DNA of 59,841 nt, the filler included, from Dugesia japonica (lineage: Eukaryota): the NCBI GenBank assembly GCA_001938525.1. It is 4 parts of 4 records of this genome, joined end to end, with 100 filler letters (N's around TTAATTAATTAA, not from the genome) between each part and the next. Parts side by side here need not be neighbours in the genome. Positions count along the whole stretch, not along the records: positions 27,573 to 36,871 come from MQRL01632415.1; positions 36,972 to 45,769 come from MQRL01648336.1; 2 more parts are not named here. The stretch is one strand, 5' to 3'. The first letter of the stretch is position 1; every line of letters starts with the position of its first letter. The translations under genes were made by a program, and so were the position numbers. Shown piece by piece: positions 27,573 through 38,560 of the stretch. The notes beneath the pieces are model-generated. The model ran no database searches and had not been told where the DNA came from. It saw only the letters and a list, made by a program, of their open reading frames with translations.

Positions 27573-28216
27573 TTTTTAAAAATTTTATTTGGTGTTTTTT
27601 TATAGATATAATTTATGTTATTTTAAATACAAAAATAACATGTTATACAAAATATGTTATTTTAAAAAAATTATTTTTTAAACATTTCTATTCTATTATT
27701 TTTTTTTTAAAAAAATTTTAAAAAATTAAATAACAATTAAATAAATTAAAAAATTAAATAAAAATTTAACAATACATTGAGTAATTAAATTAAATAATGA
27801 ATTAAATAATGAATGAAATGAAAATGTAGCATGTAATAATAATAATTATTAAAATCTGCCATCATTCAAAGTAAATTAAAACAGAATTTCTCATAAATCA
27901 AATAATAATTTGATTGACAGAATATAATTTGCATAAATTTACACAAAATAATTTATTTATTAAACGCGTTTGTTTGTTTATATTTCGTCATATTAATGAT
28001 TCATTTCCTATTAAAATTTCCGGTTTCTAACACAATCCAACGAATAATTGAATCAATTTCACCTNNNNNNNNNNNNNNNNNNNNNNNNNNNNNNNNNNNN
28101 NNNNNNNNNNNNNNNNNNNNNNNNNNNNNNNNNNNNNNNNNNAATTAATTAATTAATTAATTAAATTTATTATCTTTAAACATTTACACACTACAACTAA
28201 TAAATAAGTCATTTAC

Positions 28217-28797
28217 TTTATCGTATCTCTCAAATTCATCTCTCTCGCTCTGCGAACAGTTCCTGCCAATAGGAGAAATATTTACCATTCCCGTTCGATA
28301 CTCAACAAATGTTCCTCGTTTGATCGGAAGTCGAATATTTGATAAATATTTCAGTGAATAATTAATGAAATTTTGCAAAGTTTCTTCTCCTAAAACTTCG
28401 ATGATACTCTTTAAAACAATGTAACTTTCGTTAATGAAAATATTTATTTACTGTTTGACTAACAAGTTCCCCAAATCTATGATATAATAAACCATTTTCT
28501 GAAAACACATATTCAATTTTTTTTAAATCTATAAACACTCTTTTGAGAATATTATTGCTATAATTATTACTGTTCATTCCACCAAGTTGTTCTAATATTT
28601 TACTAAAATCTGAACCTCCTAGAACTCCGATTTTAACTTTCTTTTGCAATCTTTCAAGTAAATTAAGCATTTCATTGTTGATTACCTTGTTGAATAATAT
28701 AAATGAAATTTATAATAAGAATTTTATAATTATTTCAAACATTTCTAGGTTTAGTAAGAGTTCCATCAACGTCAAATAAACAAATTGTGGAATCCAT
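28217..28797 (-). CDS. PMM2: Phosphomannomutase (HAD IIB, PMM/Sec53), first four coding exons; 3' exons not visible
   Basis: [76 protein letters not shown] introns of about 42-54 nt. The C-terminal GGQISFDVFP/FGDKT motifs were not found. Confidence 0.95.
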
Positions 28798-29570
28798 CTG
28801 AAAAAAATATTAATTTTTAAGTATTTGAAATAAGCTAATAATTGAATAAGTTTTTATACAGAAAAAATAATTTAAATTTAGATTTAAATAAACCACTTAA
28901 AACATGCAATATTTTAAAACAAATTATTAATAAGTTTAATATACTTGGAATGAAATGATTCTTTTAAACACTTGTTTAGAAATCAAATTTATTTCACAAT
29001 AAAAGTTTCATTTAATTCTTTAAGACTAACATTTTATCATTATTACTATTATTATTATCATTATTATGGGTAAGACAATATATGGTATTCATTTAACTTT
29101 AGACTATTAAAGCCAAGATTTTTCAATTTTTTTGCGGAAAAAGCTTTAATTATACATCAAACAATATTATTTACCTACATGTAAAGATAATATCAGTAGT
29201 ATTCATGTGACTACCGTAAGAGTGTTAAGTAACTAAAATATATTGATATTATGAATGTGAGGAAATAACTAGTAATGAAAATATAAAGATCAATTATCTA
29301 ATATTGATATTAAAATTGTATATAAATTAAATTGTTGAGTTATTGGAAACACACGTTATTAATTATTTTTCCTAGAAGTGTATTTGAGCTTCGGGGTATT
29401 TACGTTTAGTCACGTAAGAGTTTTTATCTATTAAGAGATTTTTTAATTGTAGTTAATTGGGTGTGAATTATTTAAATTATTTACGAATTGTAATTAATAA
29501 ATTGTAAATTATTATTTGTAGAAGGAAAAATACGGCTGAGGAAAAGGCAGCTCTCAAGGGACCCGTTCAA

Positions 29571-29668
29571 GAATTTACCTAACGTCCCTTATTAGGTCTT
29601 CGGTATAGAGCGGTTGACTTCCATCATTTATTTGAAGTACACACTCGTATACCTTTATCTTCGGGTTC
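29571..29668. ncRNA. Conserved structured RNA motif, copy A
   Basis: GAATTT-[ACCTAA/TTAGGT]-CTTC-[GGTATA..TATACC] enclosing GTTG[ACTTC/GAAGT], then GGGTTC. Confidence 0.7.
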
Positions 29669-29735
29669 ATTATCTTATTTACAAAATAAATTAACAACAT
29701 ACTATCATCTATTATTAAGATTTATTTTTATCTAA

Positions 29736-30097
29736 CTACATGTAATCTAGGGCACCAGGGTCTAACCACTGGATAGGCTCTCCAAACATGAAACTAAATG
29801 CTGCTTCGTCGTCGTCGCTATTCCATCGCGTCAATGTCTGTTGCTCAAGGCGGTGAGCTAAATCAGCAATGTACTGCTGAAGGAATTCGATTTTGTGTCT
29901 AACGATTTGTTTGGTGTTTTCCACCAATTCACCTTGTTTTTAATTGATAANATCTAATTTTTTAATTAAATGACTCCTCTAAATTAGATGACGTAACAAT
30001 GCCCACTCATTTTGTCGTTTAAAATTGCGCTTGAGTAGTAATTTCTGAATACATCAATGACAACGACGGAGACTATTAGGTAACAGAATTCTCGGCA
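29736..30097 (-). pseudogene. Cassette A ORF4, unassigned helical protein ending WLDPGALDYM
   Basis: Acceptor TTTTCAG|TG CCG; internal stops; stop followed by AATAAA; homologous to 33677-34048. Confidence 0.75.
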
Positions 30098-30257
30098 CTG
30101 AAAAGAAATAGACAAGTAAAAGTTACTCAAAACCTATCATAGGTATTTCAATTATTCAAATTATTATAAATGAAAGTGTCAGGATGGATATCATTCATTG
30201 ATTATAACTAAAATATTTTATTTCATACATAAACAAGAGCATAACACACTATGGCCG

Positions 30258-30607
30258 TTAAGTTTGAGTCGACTTATCCACCATCAATGGTTCAAGTTGC
30301 ATGCGTGTTCTCAATTCTAAGACATCTGCGACCAGTTTATTTTCACGGTCATGGAGGGACTGGACGATCTCAGCAAAAGACTCTAGTTGGCTTTTCCAGA
30401 GTCGCTCTTGCGAATGAGAAGCCTCGGCTTCCTTGCGAAACGCGATACATTTGTTATTGTAGCGTTTTACCTTGCTCTCGGCAGCAGCTGTGTCGTCTTC
30501 CCATCGGCGTTTATCTAACTGATATAAGTTCCAAGTCATAGAGATTTCATCGCTTCTTTCTCTCATCTTCTTCGTTGGTACAACAGAGCGACTTAGAGAA
30601 GAATGCA
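30258..30607 (-). CDS. Cassette A ORF3, unassigned coiled-coil protein ending VDKSTQT
   Basis: Acceptor TTTTCTAG|TG CAT; open 116 codons; homologous to 34160-34480. Confidence 0.7.
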
Positions 30608-30763
30608 CTAGAAAAGTAAAATAAACTCAATGACCTCGGAATTTTACATACCAAGCGTTTTACTTGTATTTAAGAAAGGATAAGTTATTTTAACGATTAT
30701 CTAAAGTAAGCAATTTAATGAATCGACACAAAACAGTAAAATAATAATACAATGAGACTTTTA

Positions 30764-31165
30764 TTATAAACTACATAAAGGACGCCTTAACTTATTCTCT
30801 GAGCCTCTTTTTCGGTCCAATATATTATCGATAAACTCTCCCAGTCCAGAGAAAGATGGCAAGTGTGAAGTAGATATCAGAACTACAGACGGACCCTTAC
30901 GCCACTCTCTTACTGTATACAAATCGCCATTACTATCTGGAGAGGTAATTGTATCAGCATGATACACCTCACGAGCTTGATTGTGACAGCACCAATCATA
31001 ATAGGCCTGACGCTCAGTGGCGTCCCAGTGCTTTTCATCATTCTCTTCCTCGGTGATTAGATTGGATCGATCTACAAGACTAACAGCGTCTCTATTGTAT
31101 GGGTTCTTGTATCGCTTGAAAATAGTTCGGCATGTCTTGCCGTTCAGTAATAGCTCCCACTTCCA
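30764..31165 (-). CDS. Cassette A ORF2, unassigned ~133-aa protein
   Basis: Acceptor TTTTCAG|TGG; open frame; N-terminus KW......RTIFKRYK shared with copy B; AATAAA overlaps the stop. Confidence 0.6.
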   Translation of the reverse strand, partial: WKWELLLNGKTCRTIFKRYKNPYNRDAVSLVDRSNLITEEENDEKHWDATERQAYYDWCCHNQAREVYHADTITSPDSNGDLYTVREWRKGPSVVLISTSHLPSFSGLGEFIDNILDRKRGSENKLRRPLCSL

Positions 31166-31252
31166 CTGAAAATTCAAATTAGTATAGATTATTAAGGTCG
31201 AAAAAAGTAAAACATATTAAAAAAGGATTGAGAGTAATTTTATTTAAACCTA

Positions 31253-31485
31253 TTAAACACTAGGATTAGATGAATGTATTGACGTATCTGAATCCAAATC
31301 AACGATGTGTTTCAAAAGGAACATCTCGAAAAAGTGCTGTAAATCGAATTCATCGGGGTGTTCAATTTATCCTTGTGATAGGATATGGGCTTATAATTGC
31401 TACAGACGGGCTTTACGTCTTTCTTTTCGAATTCCTCTTAAATTGTTCATCAGAATATCGGGCATGGTGGTGGGAAGTTGAAACC
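31253..31485 (-). pseudogene. Cassette A ORF1, unassigned protein
   Basis: MPDIL..RL*QL*AHILSQG*IEHPDEFDLQHF aligns with copy B RLRQLITHFLTRGKIEHPD*TDLQCFAEMF. Confidence 0.7.
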
Positions 31486-32012
31486 CTGAATAATAATTTC
31501 TTGGATAAATGAAATTATTGACTGCCTATACCAAATGTTTAAGACCCTATTTATCATAAATAAACTGACATCAACACCAATATTAACAAAACAATGATAA
31601 AGGTAACTGCAATGATACAAGCACCAATGGGAATAGTAGCAGTAATATTAATGGTCTGATTTGTAAAATTATTGATGAAAATATTAGAGCAATTAATCGT
31701 ACTACTAAATAAGGACTTTAATAATGATCAAAACAGTAACGAAATTAATGACGGAGAAGCTATAAAGATACTAATAATATAGTAATAAAGATGGTACTAA
31801 AAAAAGCAATGGAATTATTAGCAATAGTGATAATAATCATAATGTAATAAAGATAATATTAATAGAAATTAATGGAAGTACTAATAAAAATAATAATGAT
31901 ATTGTTGGGGTTTTACCCTAGGTGGGTTGATTTCTTATATGATTAAATCTGGAGGGGTTGAACTTTATATAAAATTAAGTCTAGGGTAATTGAACAGGTA
32001 AAACCCCGCGAT

Positions 32013-32110
32013 GAATTTGAATCTGGTATCCCCCAAAAAATCCAGATCTTCGGAATGAAGCCGTTGACTAGTAACTTGAGTACACACTCGCACTCCTTTG
32101 GTTCGGGTTN
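32013..32110. ncRNA. Conserved structured RNA motif, copy C
   Basis: GAATTT-[ATCTGG/CCAGAT]-CTTC-[GGAATG/CACTCC]..GTTG[ACT/AGT]..GGGTT. Confidence 0.7.
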
Positions 32111-32575
32111 GTTTTACATGATACTCGCTCGATTTACTTATCACAATTAGCCTTTACAATTATTCACTTATAATTTTCCGTTTTGTGGGGTGTTTCTTAA
32201 TTCGGTCACTCTATATTTGATTATAATCTTAAAAGCTATATTATCAATTCGGAAAAACAAAAGAATTTGTAAGTGAAAAATATATTATATGATTTAAATT
32301 TCACTTGGTGTACAATAACCTAACAATTAGCATAATTAAAAAAACTAACGTAACCTGGATCCCGATCCGGAGTAAGCACAAGAGCATAACATCCATTCCA
32401 TTCGTGTTCAATAGTGACTCCCGAGCTACTCCGTAATAATAAGTCATAGCAATCCAGTCGGAAATCGTTGCATCATCAATCGAATCGCATAAATAATCAC
32501 CTTTTGTGTTAATTTCGTTTTAATTTCCGTATTTCCTTGATAAAAAGTGTATATGTTTTGTGAAAATTACACCGG

Positions 32576-32716
32576 TATTTATACCAGTTTCTTTTCACAC
32601 CCCCATTCCTTTCATTGGTTATTTGAAATCGTACGATTTTTCTGACGCTTTCATTGGCTTGAACGTCACGTGAGTTCTTTTTATTGGTAGTTATTTTAAG
32701 ATTCCAAAATTATTGG
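32576..32716 (-). promoter_or_regulatory. Pol II promoter: four CCAAT boxes + E-box + TATA
   Basis: ATTGG at 32614, 32653, 32683 and 32712; TCACGTGA; TATAAATA (-) at 32583-32576. Confidence 0.6.
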
Positions 32717-33499
32717 TCAATCTTCAAAACCTTATAGCTTTTTTCTGGATCTTGCTACGACTTTCTAACCATTATTTTTGAATTCTCCGATTTTTCTTGA
32801 CCAGAATCTTTTTAATTGTTAATTTTATTCACCATAGGAAGTTGCCTTTTTTTCCATATTTCACAAAATATTTAATTTTCTTTTAAAATTATATTGTTTT
32901 AATTTGTTCGATTTATTTTATTTAAATAAATAAATTATTTATTTTATTTTATTCCAAAATTTTAATTCGATGTCCATTTATTTGTTTTCTGATCCGAAAT
33001 TAATTTAATTCTGCTGTTTTCTTTCACTAATTAATTCATTTAATTTATTTTCTGTAAGTTGATTATTTCCTTTGACTTTCTTTCTTTTATTTATTGAATT
33101 ATTTTCTTCCGTTTTTTTCTCTTCCAACATTTTTTTTCTTCTTTCGTAACTCACTAGGTTACGGATCATTTCCCATATTTAGTTCCTTTATTTCGGTTTT
33201 TCTTCAATTATTCCTTTCGGTAACTGGTCTAGCTCCTTCATTTGTCTGTGTTCTTCGTTTTTTTTGTGACATCCTTTCAAATTTCAGGTGTACCTAATCG
33301 CTGGTTTATTTTCCATTCTCAAGTGTTTGACCCCAACAATATTATAAATACAAAATCAATGGAATTACTAACTAAATAATAAAAGTAATACTGATAATAG
33401 TAAGTATCATAATAATAATATTAATAGTGTTGGGGTTCCACCTGAGTTGGGTGAAGGGAGCGTGGCTGGGGAAAAACAGCCCTCAGGGAACCCTTTCAA

Positions 33500-33599
33500 G
33501 AATTTAACCTAACGCCACTAAGTTAGGACTTCAACGTATAGCGGTTGACCTCTTGCTTCATGGGAGGTGCCCACCCATGCGCTTTTTGGATTTGGATTC
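33500..33599. ncRNA. Conserved structured RNA motif, copy B
   Basis: GAATTT-[CCTAAC/GTTAGG]-CTTC-[AACGTA/TGCGCT]..GTTG[ACCTC/GAGGT]..GGATTC. Confidence 0.7.
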
Positions 33600-33676
33600 A
33601 TTATTTTTACCCATTAATCTGAAGTTATTAAATGTTAGAATGAGCCAAACATGGTAACCTTTATTTTATATAATAG

Positions 33677-34048
33677 CTACATAAGATCCAATGCACCCGG
33701 GTCAAACCACTGGGCCGGATCTGTTGTTGAAAAATTGAAAGATGCGGAATCATCATTGGATCCAAGTGGGATTACCGAGTTGGCGTGAGAGGTCCGAGAT
33801 ATACTGCTTCAGGAAATCGATTTTCCGCTGTTTTAGTAATCTGGTTTCTTCTTCCAGAGTTTTGGTTTGGATTGCCAACTCACTCTGTTTCCTAACCACT
33901 AGATTTAGTTTCTTTATTAATTCATTCCTTTGGTCAAGGTGCTTAAGTAGAGCACTGTCGGCCTTTCGCTTAAAATGTCTCTCTATGAAAAGACGGCGCA
34001 TGATTCGATGGCATCGACGTAAATTTTCAGGAAAGGTGATTCGAGGCA
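33677..34048 (-). pseudogene. Cassette B ORF4 (ends WFDPGALDLM after one frameshift)
   Basis: TTTTAG|TG CCT; PRI..P..LRRCH; KIDFLKQYISDL; stop followed by AATAAA. Confidence 0.75.
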
Positions 34049-34159
34049 CTAAAATAAATTACATTAGTAACTAGGTAACAAAAGTTGTGAAACACTACAG
34101 CAATAACTACATTCATGAGAATGATTAAATAATATTTTTATTCAAGAAAACGTGGGTTG

Positions 34160-34554
34160 TCATGTCCGTGAGGTTTGAGGGCTTTTCTCGATCATTAACG
34201 GCTCGAGAGGTATCTTCTTCTTGAGGCTTAAGACATCCCCAACCAGGTTATTTTCTCGGCCATGGCTAGACCGGATAATTTCCGCGAAAGACTCAACTTG
34301 TTTCTTCCGCGCCCGTTCCTGTGTTTGGGAGGCTTCGGCGTCCTTTTTGTACATTACACACTTTTCCGGTATCGAAGCACTTTACTATTCGCCGTGGCTA
34401 TCTCTGCCTTCCAGCAACGCTTTGCAAGGTGATAGACGTCCCAAGTTATTTTTTGGTCCTCACTGGTATCTCTCATCTTTTTTATCGTTTTATATCTCTT
34501 AAACACGGTGCGTCCGGAATTAATATCGATACTCCCTTCCCATTTATATTCCAT
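34160..34554 (-). pseudogene. Cassette B fused ORF2/ORF3
   Basis: MEYKW..RTVFKRYK joined directly to KKMR..ESFAEII..LEPLMIEKSPQT; one frameshift. Confidence 0.75.
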
Positions 34555-34657
34555 CTATAAAAATAAACATATTTAACATGATATTTACAAAATTGTTTCA
34601 ATAACAAAGAAATAAGACATAAGATTTATTCTGCACCAGCTAATATAACACGTAATT

Positions 34658-34847
34658 CTACTTATTATTCTTCATCCAAGTCTAGTTTATTGTCGTGTTG
34701 AAACATCTCGGCGAAACATTGGAGATCGGTTTAGTCCGGGTGTTCAATTTTACCACGAGTCAAAAAATGGGTTATCAGCTGTCTTAAACGAGTGGTCTGG
34801 CGTTGCTTCTTTATCAATCTCAGGGCATTTCGCAACCTTCTCGGCAT
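34658..34847 (-). pseudogene. Cassette B ORF1
   Basis: MPRRLRNALRLIKKQRQTTRLRQLITHFLTRGKIEHPD*TDLQCFAEMF..DLDEENNK*, then AATAAA. Confidence 0.7.
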
Positions 34848-36502
34848 TAGCTAAGGAAAAATAACTAGTTATAGATAGTAAATTCATGGGTTAGTTCTCC
34901 TGAATTATTTAACGGGGAATTATTAGTAATAATGACACTCCTTGTTTGGACATGCGGGGGGCCATAATTGAGAGGTGCAACCTGGTTAGTATGCCATCCG
35001 ACCCATGAGTATGTAATAATGGGGTGGAGTAATAACTCGAAAGAGGAAAAATGGGGTTATTGATAATATGATTCAACCGTTTATATATATTAATCAAGAT
35101 AATCGTGCCAGTATGCTCAGTAGTACTGACGGGAATCGTAACGTTAACTACGAAATTCTCATCATATAGATAATACTAATAATACCAATAATCAGGTTGA
35201 TGATAATAATGATAATAGTAATAACAACAATAATAATAATACAATAAGAATAATAATACTAAGAGTAATAATAATAATGATACCATTACCAAAGTTAATA
35301 ATAGTATTAGCAATAATATTCATAATAATAATAAATTGAATATTACTAACAAAATAGAACTAATCTTATAAGTCGATCCTAGTGACAATGATAACAACTA
35401 AATGCGATAAAATCATTAACTATAGTAGTTGGGACGAGAATCGGGGTGTGAAATAATAAATAGACTCTGGCAACAATGATGCCAGTTAGCGTCGCGCAAC
35501 TCAGGTAAATGAGATCGACATTCATTAAGGACAAATATCTGGAGTAACAATAATTCTACTGCTGGTAAATATCCCATATGACTAATCTTGTGTAAATATG
35601 TAGAAATAACCCAATATACCGCTTCTCAANNNNNNNNNNNNNNNNNNNNNNNNNNNNNNNNNNNNNGTATTTTTGATTTAGAATACTTCCACTTTTGACT
35701 CCAATTACTACTAACGAGGTCAAGTAAAGGAATCTATGAGTAGTACTAAGAATGTTTGTGATTAGTGTGCTGAGCATATTAATCTCATCATAACAAATTA
35801 GATACAACACAAAAATTTGATTGGCATTATTAGTCGTTGAATCATGGGATAGTGAAAATGAGCATTGCGCAGGCCACATACACATACAGAACTGTTAACT
35901 GTAACAGCCCGAGTTGTCAATATCAAAAAATTGATTATATCACTTCTCAACGATTTCTATCTAGAGGTGATTTGAACTAGTTCTGGTTTAGTTACAGAGT
36001 GTAATAAAAAGGAGGCAGTCATTACCAACAAATGTCACTCAACTTATATCAGTCATCTGAAATTGTTAAATGATAATTAACAAAATTTTAAAAGTTATAT
36101 TTCAATATACATTTCCATATTTATTGAACGAAATTATTGAACAAAAAGAAAAAATATTTTTACTTTTCGTGAAATGAATTAATTGATTGACGATTCTGCA
36201 ACGAGATGAGTATCTAACAATAATTCTCGATTATCAAATTTTTCTTCCCTGATTCTGATTTCCTGAGTTTTCTTTCGTTCAGCTGCGGCTACAATTATTT
36301 TTTCTTTTACTATAAAATGAATAATCGATGAAAAACTCTTTTACAAACAATTATCCGTTTACGTAGTAGTTTCAAATTTTTTGGGATACCTGATAGTAAT
36401 TAGCAGACGATATTTTTCCACAAATTTGACTGTATCCTGAACACTAGTTAATGAGTAAAAAAGTGACATGAATTGCTTAAAATCAGGGGGGTTTAAATAT
36501 CG

Positions 36503-36693
36503 TTTTATAAGACACCCTGACCTGTTCGGCATTGGCTACTTATTTTTAGTTTAAGCCTTCCGTTCTTGATTGGTTTTGGTGCCAATTTTCTGTAATTTTT
36601 TCAGAGTTTTAGAACTCTAATTGGCAGTTATTTTTAAAACCTCATGTGATCGATGGTGCTTTGTCTTATTTTTATTTTCTGAATCCTTATTGG
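36503..36693 (-). promoter_or_regulatory. Second CCAAT-array + TATA promoter
   Basis: ATTGG at 36531, 36569, 36620 and 36689; TATAAAA (-) at 36509-36503; a decayed ORF starts ~36468 (-). Confidence 0.45.
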
Positions 36694-36871
36694 CCAAATC
36701 CTTGGATCCAGGTAGCACCCTTCTGAGTGAAGGTATGATTTTTCAATTATAAAATTTAGATGCGCTGCCCTTCATTCTTGTTGAATTTTTTCTCGCTGAA
36801 CTCCTGTGATTTCCTGGAGCCAAGTTATTCTCATGAAATGAATTGCGGCCTAATTTTAATTTATTTTAACC

Positions 36872-36971
36872 NNNNNNNNNNNNNNNNNNNNNNNNNNNNN
36901 NNNNNNNNNNNNNNNTTAATTAATTAANNNNNNNNNNNNNNNNNNNNNNNNNNNNNNNNNNNNNNNNNNNN
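36872..36971. other. Artificial contig-join linker
   Basis: 44N-TTAATTAATTAA-44N. Confidence 0.95.
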
Positions 36972-36974
36972 TAA

Positions 36975-37030
<56 letters not shown>

Positions 37031-37949
37031 GGATACTATATAATACATTATTCAAACAATTTATGTGAACAAATATTTTCAGTCTATATTTTTTGATTTA
37101 TATGTTAAAGAAATGTTATTTTAAATATTGAATGTGTTTTTAAGTTTATGTTGATCATTTTATCTTTCATTTAAAACAATAATTTTCCATTCTTTCGAAA
37201 ATATATATGTTCATTAAAAATTCTAGATTAGTAAAAATATTGGTTTTTGCATTTTCTTTTTTTATAGAGAAATATAATAGAGGTTCAATTACACTGATTA
37301 TATTAGTTTTTCATTACACTTTATGAGGAAACATTTAGTAACTATCTGAAACTCGACTGAAACGTAAACAATTTTTAATTTTATGTCATTATATTATTAA
37401 AACAAACGTATTATTCTATTCTATTATTTATTTGAATTATTGAAATTTTAATTATGAATAAATAAAAATATTTATTTCTCGTTAAAAATATAAATATTTC
37501 TGTTGCATATTTCTAACATGTTTATTTCAAAATCAATTCGATCTTGAATGTACTCGAGAGCCAAAATGGAATTATATGTTGGTGGCTGTTAGTGTCTCTT
37601 TTACTTTTTAGATTATTCTTTCAATAAATCAAAAGGTTTTTTATTATAAATTAAAAAAAGATTGAAAATTTATAAGATTTGTAAAATTTTTAAGACGGCT
37701 GTTTCCTTTATATGTGTTGACAAACCATATTCAATCTTTTAATTTGATAAAGGGCCGTTCATTATGGCAACAAAATTGGTGGGGAGTGGGGTTCAAAATT
37801 GCTTGATATAATAAATAGACAGCCCCTAAGTTACTTTTTTGAGGGCGAAACATTTACCATTTGTTAAACTTTAAAGGTTATCATGGTTAACACACATAGG
37901 CTAGTATTTAATATAACATTCTATAGAGCCGGTAGTATAATTTGTTACG

Positions 37950-38560
37950 TTATCAGTCCTTTTAAAATGTCTGTGACAGACTTTGCAACATAACCAAGGG
38001 CATTGTGATGCAGCAAGATCCTTTCCCTATGCCTAACTCATAATTTAAGTTCATTATTTGATGTTCATATAGATTGCAAGTAACTGTTTTTCCTGGTTTC
38101 GGCAGAATACGTTTTAGATCTCAACACGCGCACACAATAACACTTTTTTCCAGGACAATTGTGTTTTGTGATTGAATCTGATGGCTGGCTTGGATCAACC
38201 CACGGTTTCTTTACTTTAAGATAACCAAAATAAACACATTTTTATCTTCTTTATATTCTTTATTTGTTTCTTTCTTTCTGTCAGTTTTTAAGACATACAC
38301 TTTCTTTCCTTTTGAATCTTTCTCATATCGCGTAAGTGTTTTAAAATAGCTCGCTGAATTACATTAAGTAAAACAGCTAATTTACTCTTGCGTTTGAGCA
38401 TCTTTTTCCTTTAATAACGCTTTGCAGTCTTGAAATCTCTTATCGTGTACACTGAAGTCTGCGGTTGTGAATCTTTGGAATCATTCTCAAAATCGATAAC
38501 ATTGATAACACTTTTCATCAAATTGAACATTAAAAGTAATGCTTCGCGCAAACGAAGTTT
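37950..38560 (-). mobile_element. mariner transposase remnant
   Basis: KVKKPWVDPSQPS..K....GKK, resembling the mariner W V.PGQP..K...HGKK segment. Confidence 0.6.

Larger units (their letters stand above)
29521..31520 (-). mobile_element. LTR-like element copy A (terminus eroded) with a four-cistron cassette
   Basis: Colinear homology with 33445-34900 at both nucleotide and protein level. Confidence 0.7.
31903..33338. mobile_element. Complete 1436-bp solo-LTR-like element (copy C)
   Basis: 9-bp inverted termini TGTTGGGGT...ACCCCAACA flanked by a 4-bp ATAT target-site duplication (31899-31902 / 33339-33342). Confidence 0.85.
33428..35160 (-). mobile_element. LTR-like element copy B with cassette
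   Basis: Starts TGTTGGGGTT like copy C; same RNA motif; ORFs homologous to copy A; right end uncertain. Confidence 0.75.

Noticed and set aside
29607-29647. Group II intron domain V resemblance (GAGCNG..AC..CTC)
   Set aside because: The AGC triad is not kept in copy D, there is no GNRA loop, and no other domains are present.
30251-34560. Plus-strand ORFs overlapping the cassettes
   Set aside because: Antisense shadows; protein similarity between copies lies on the minus strand.
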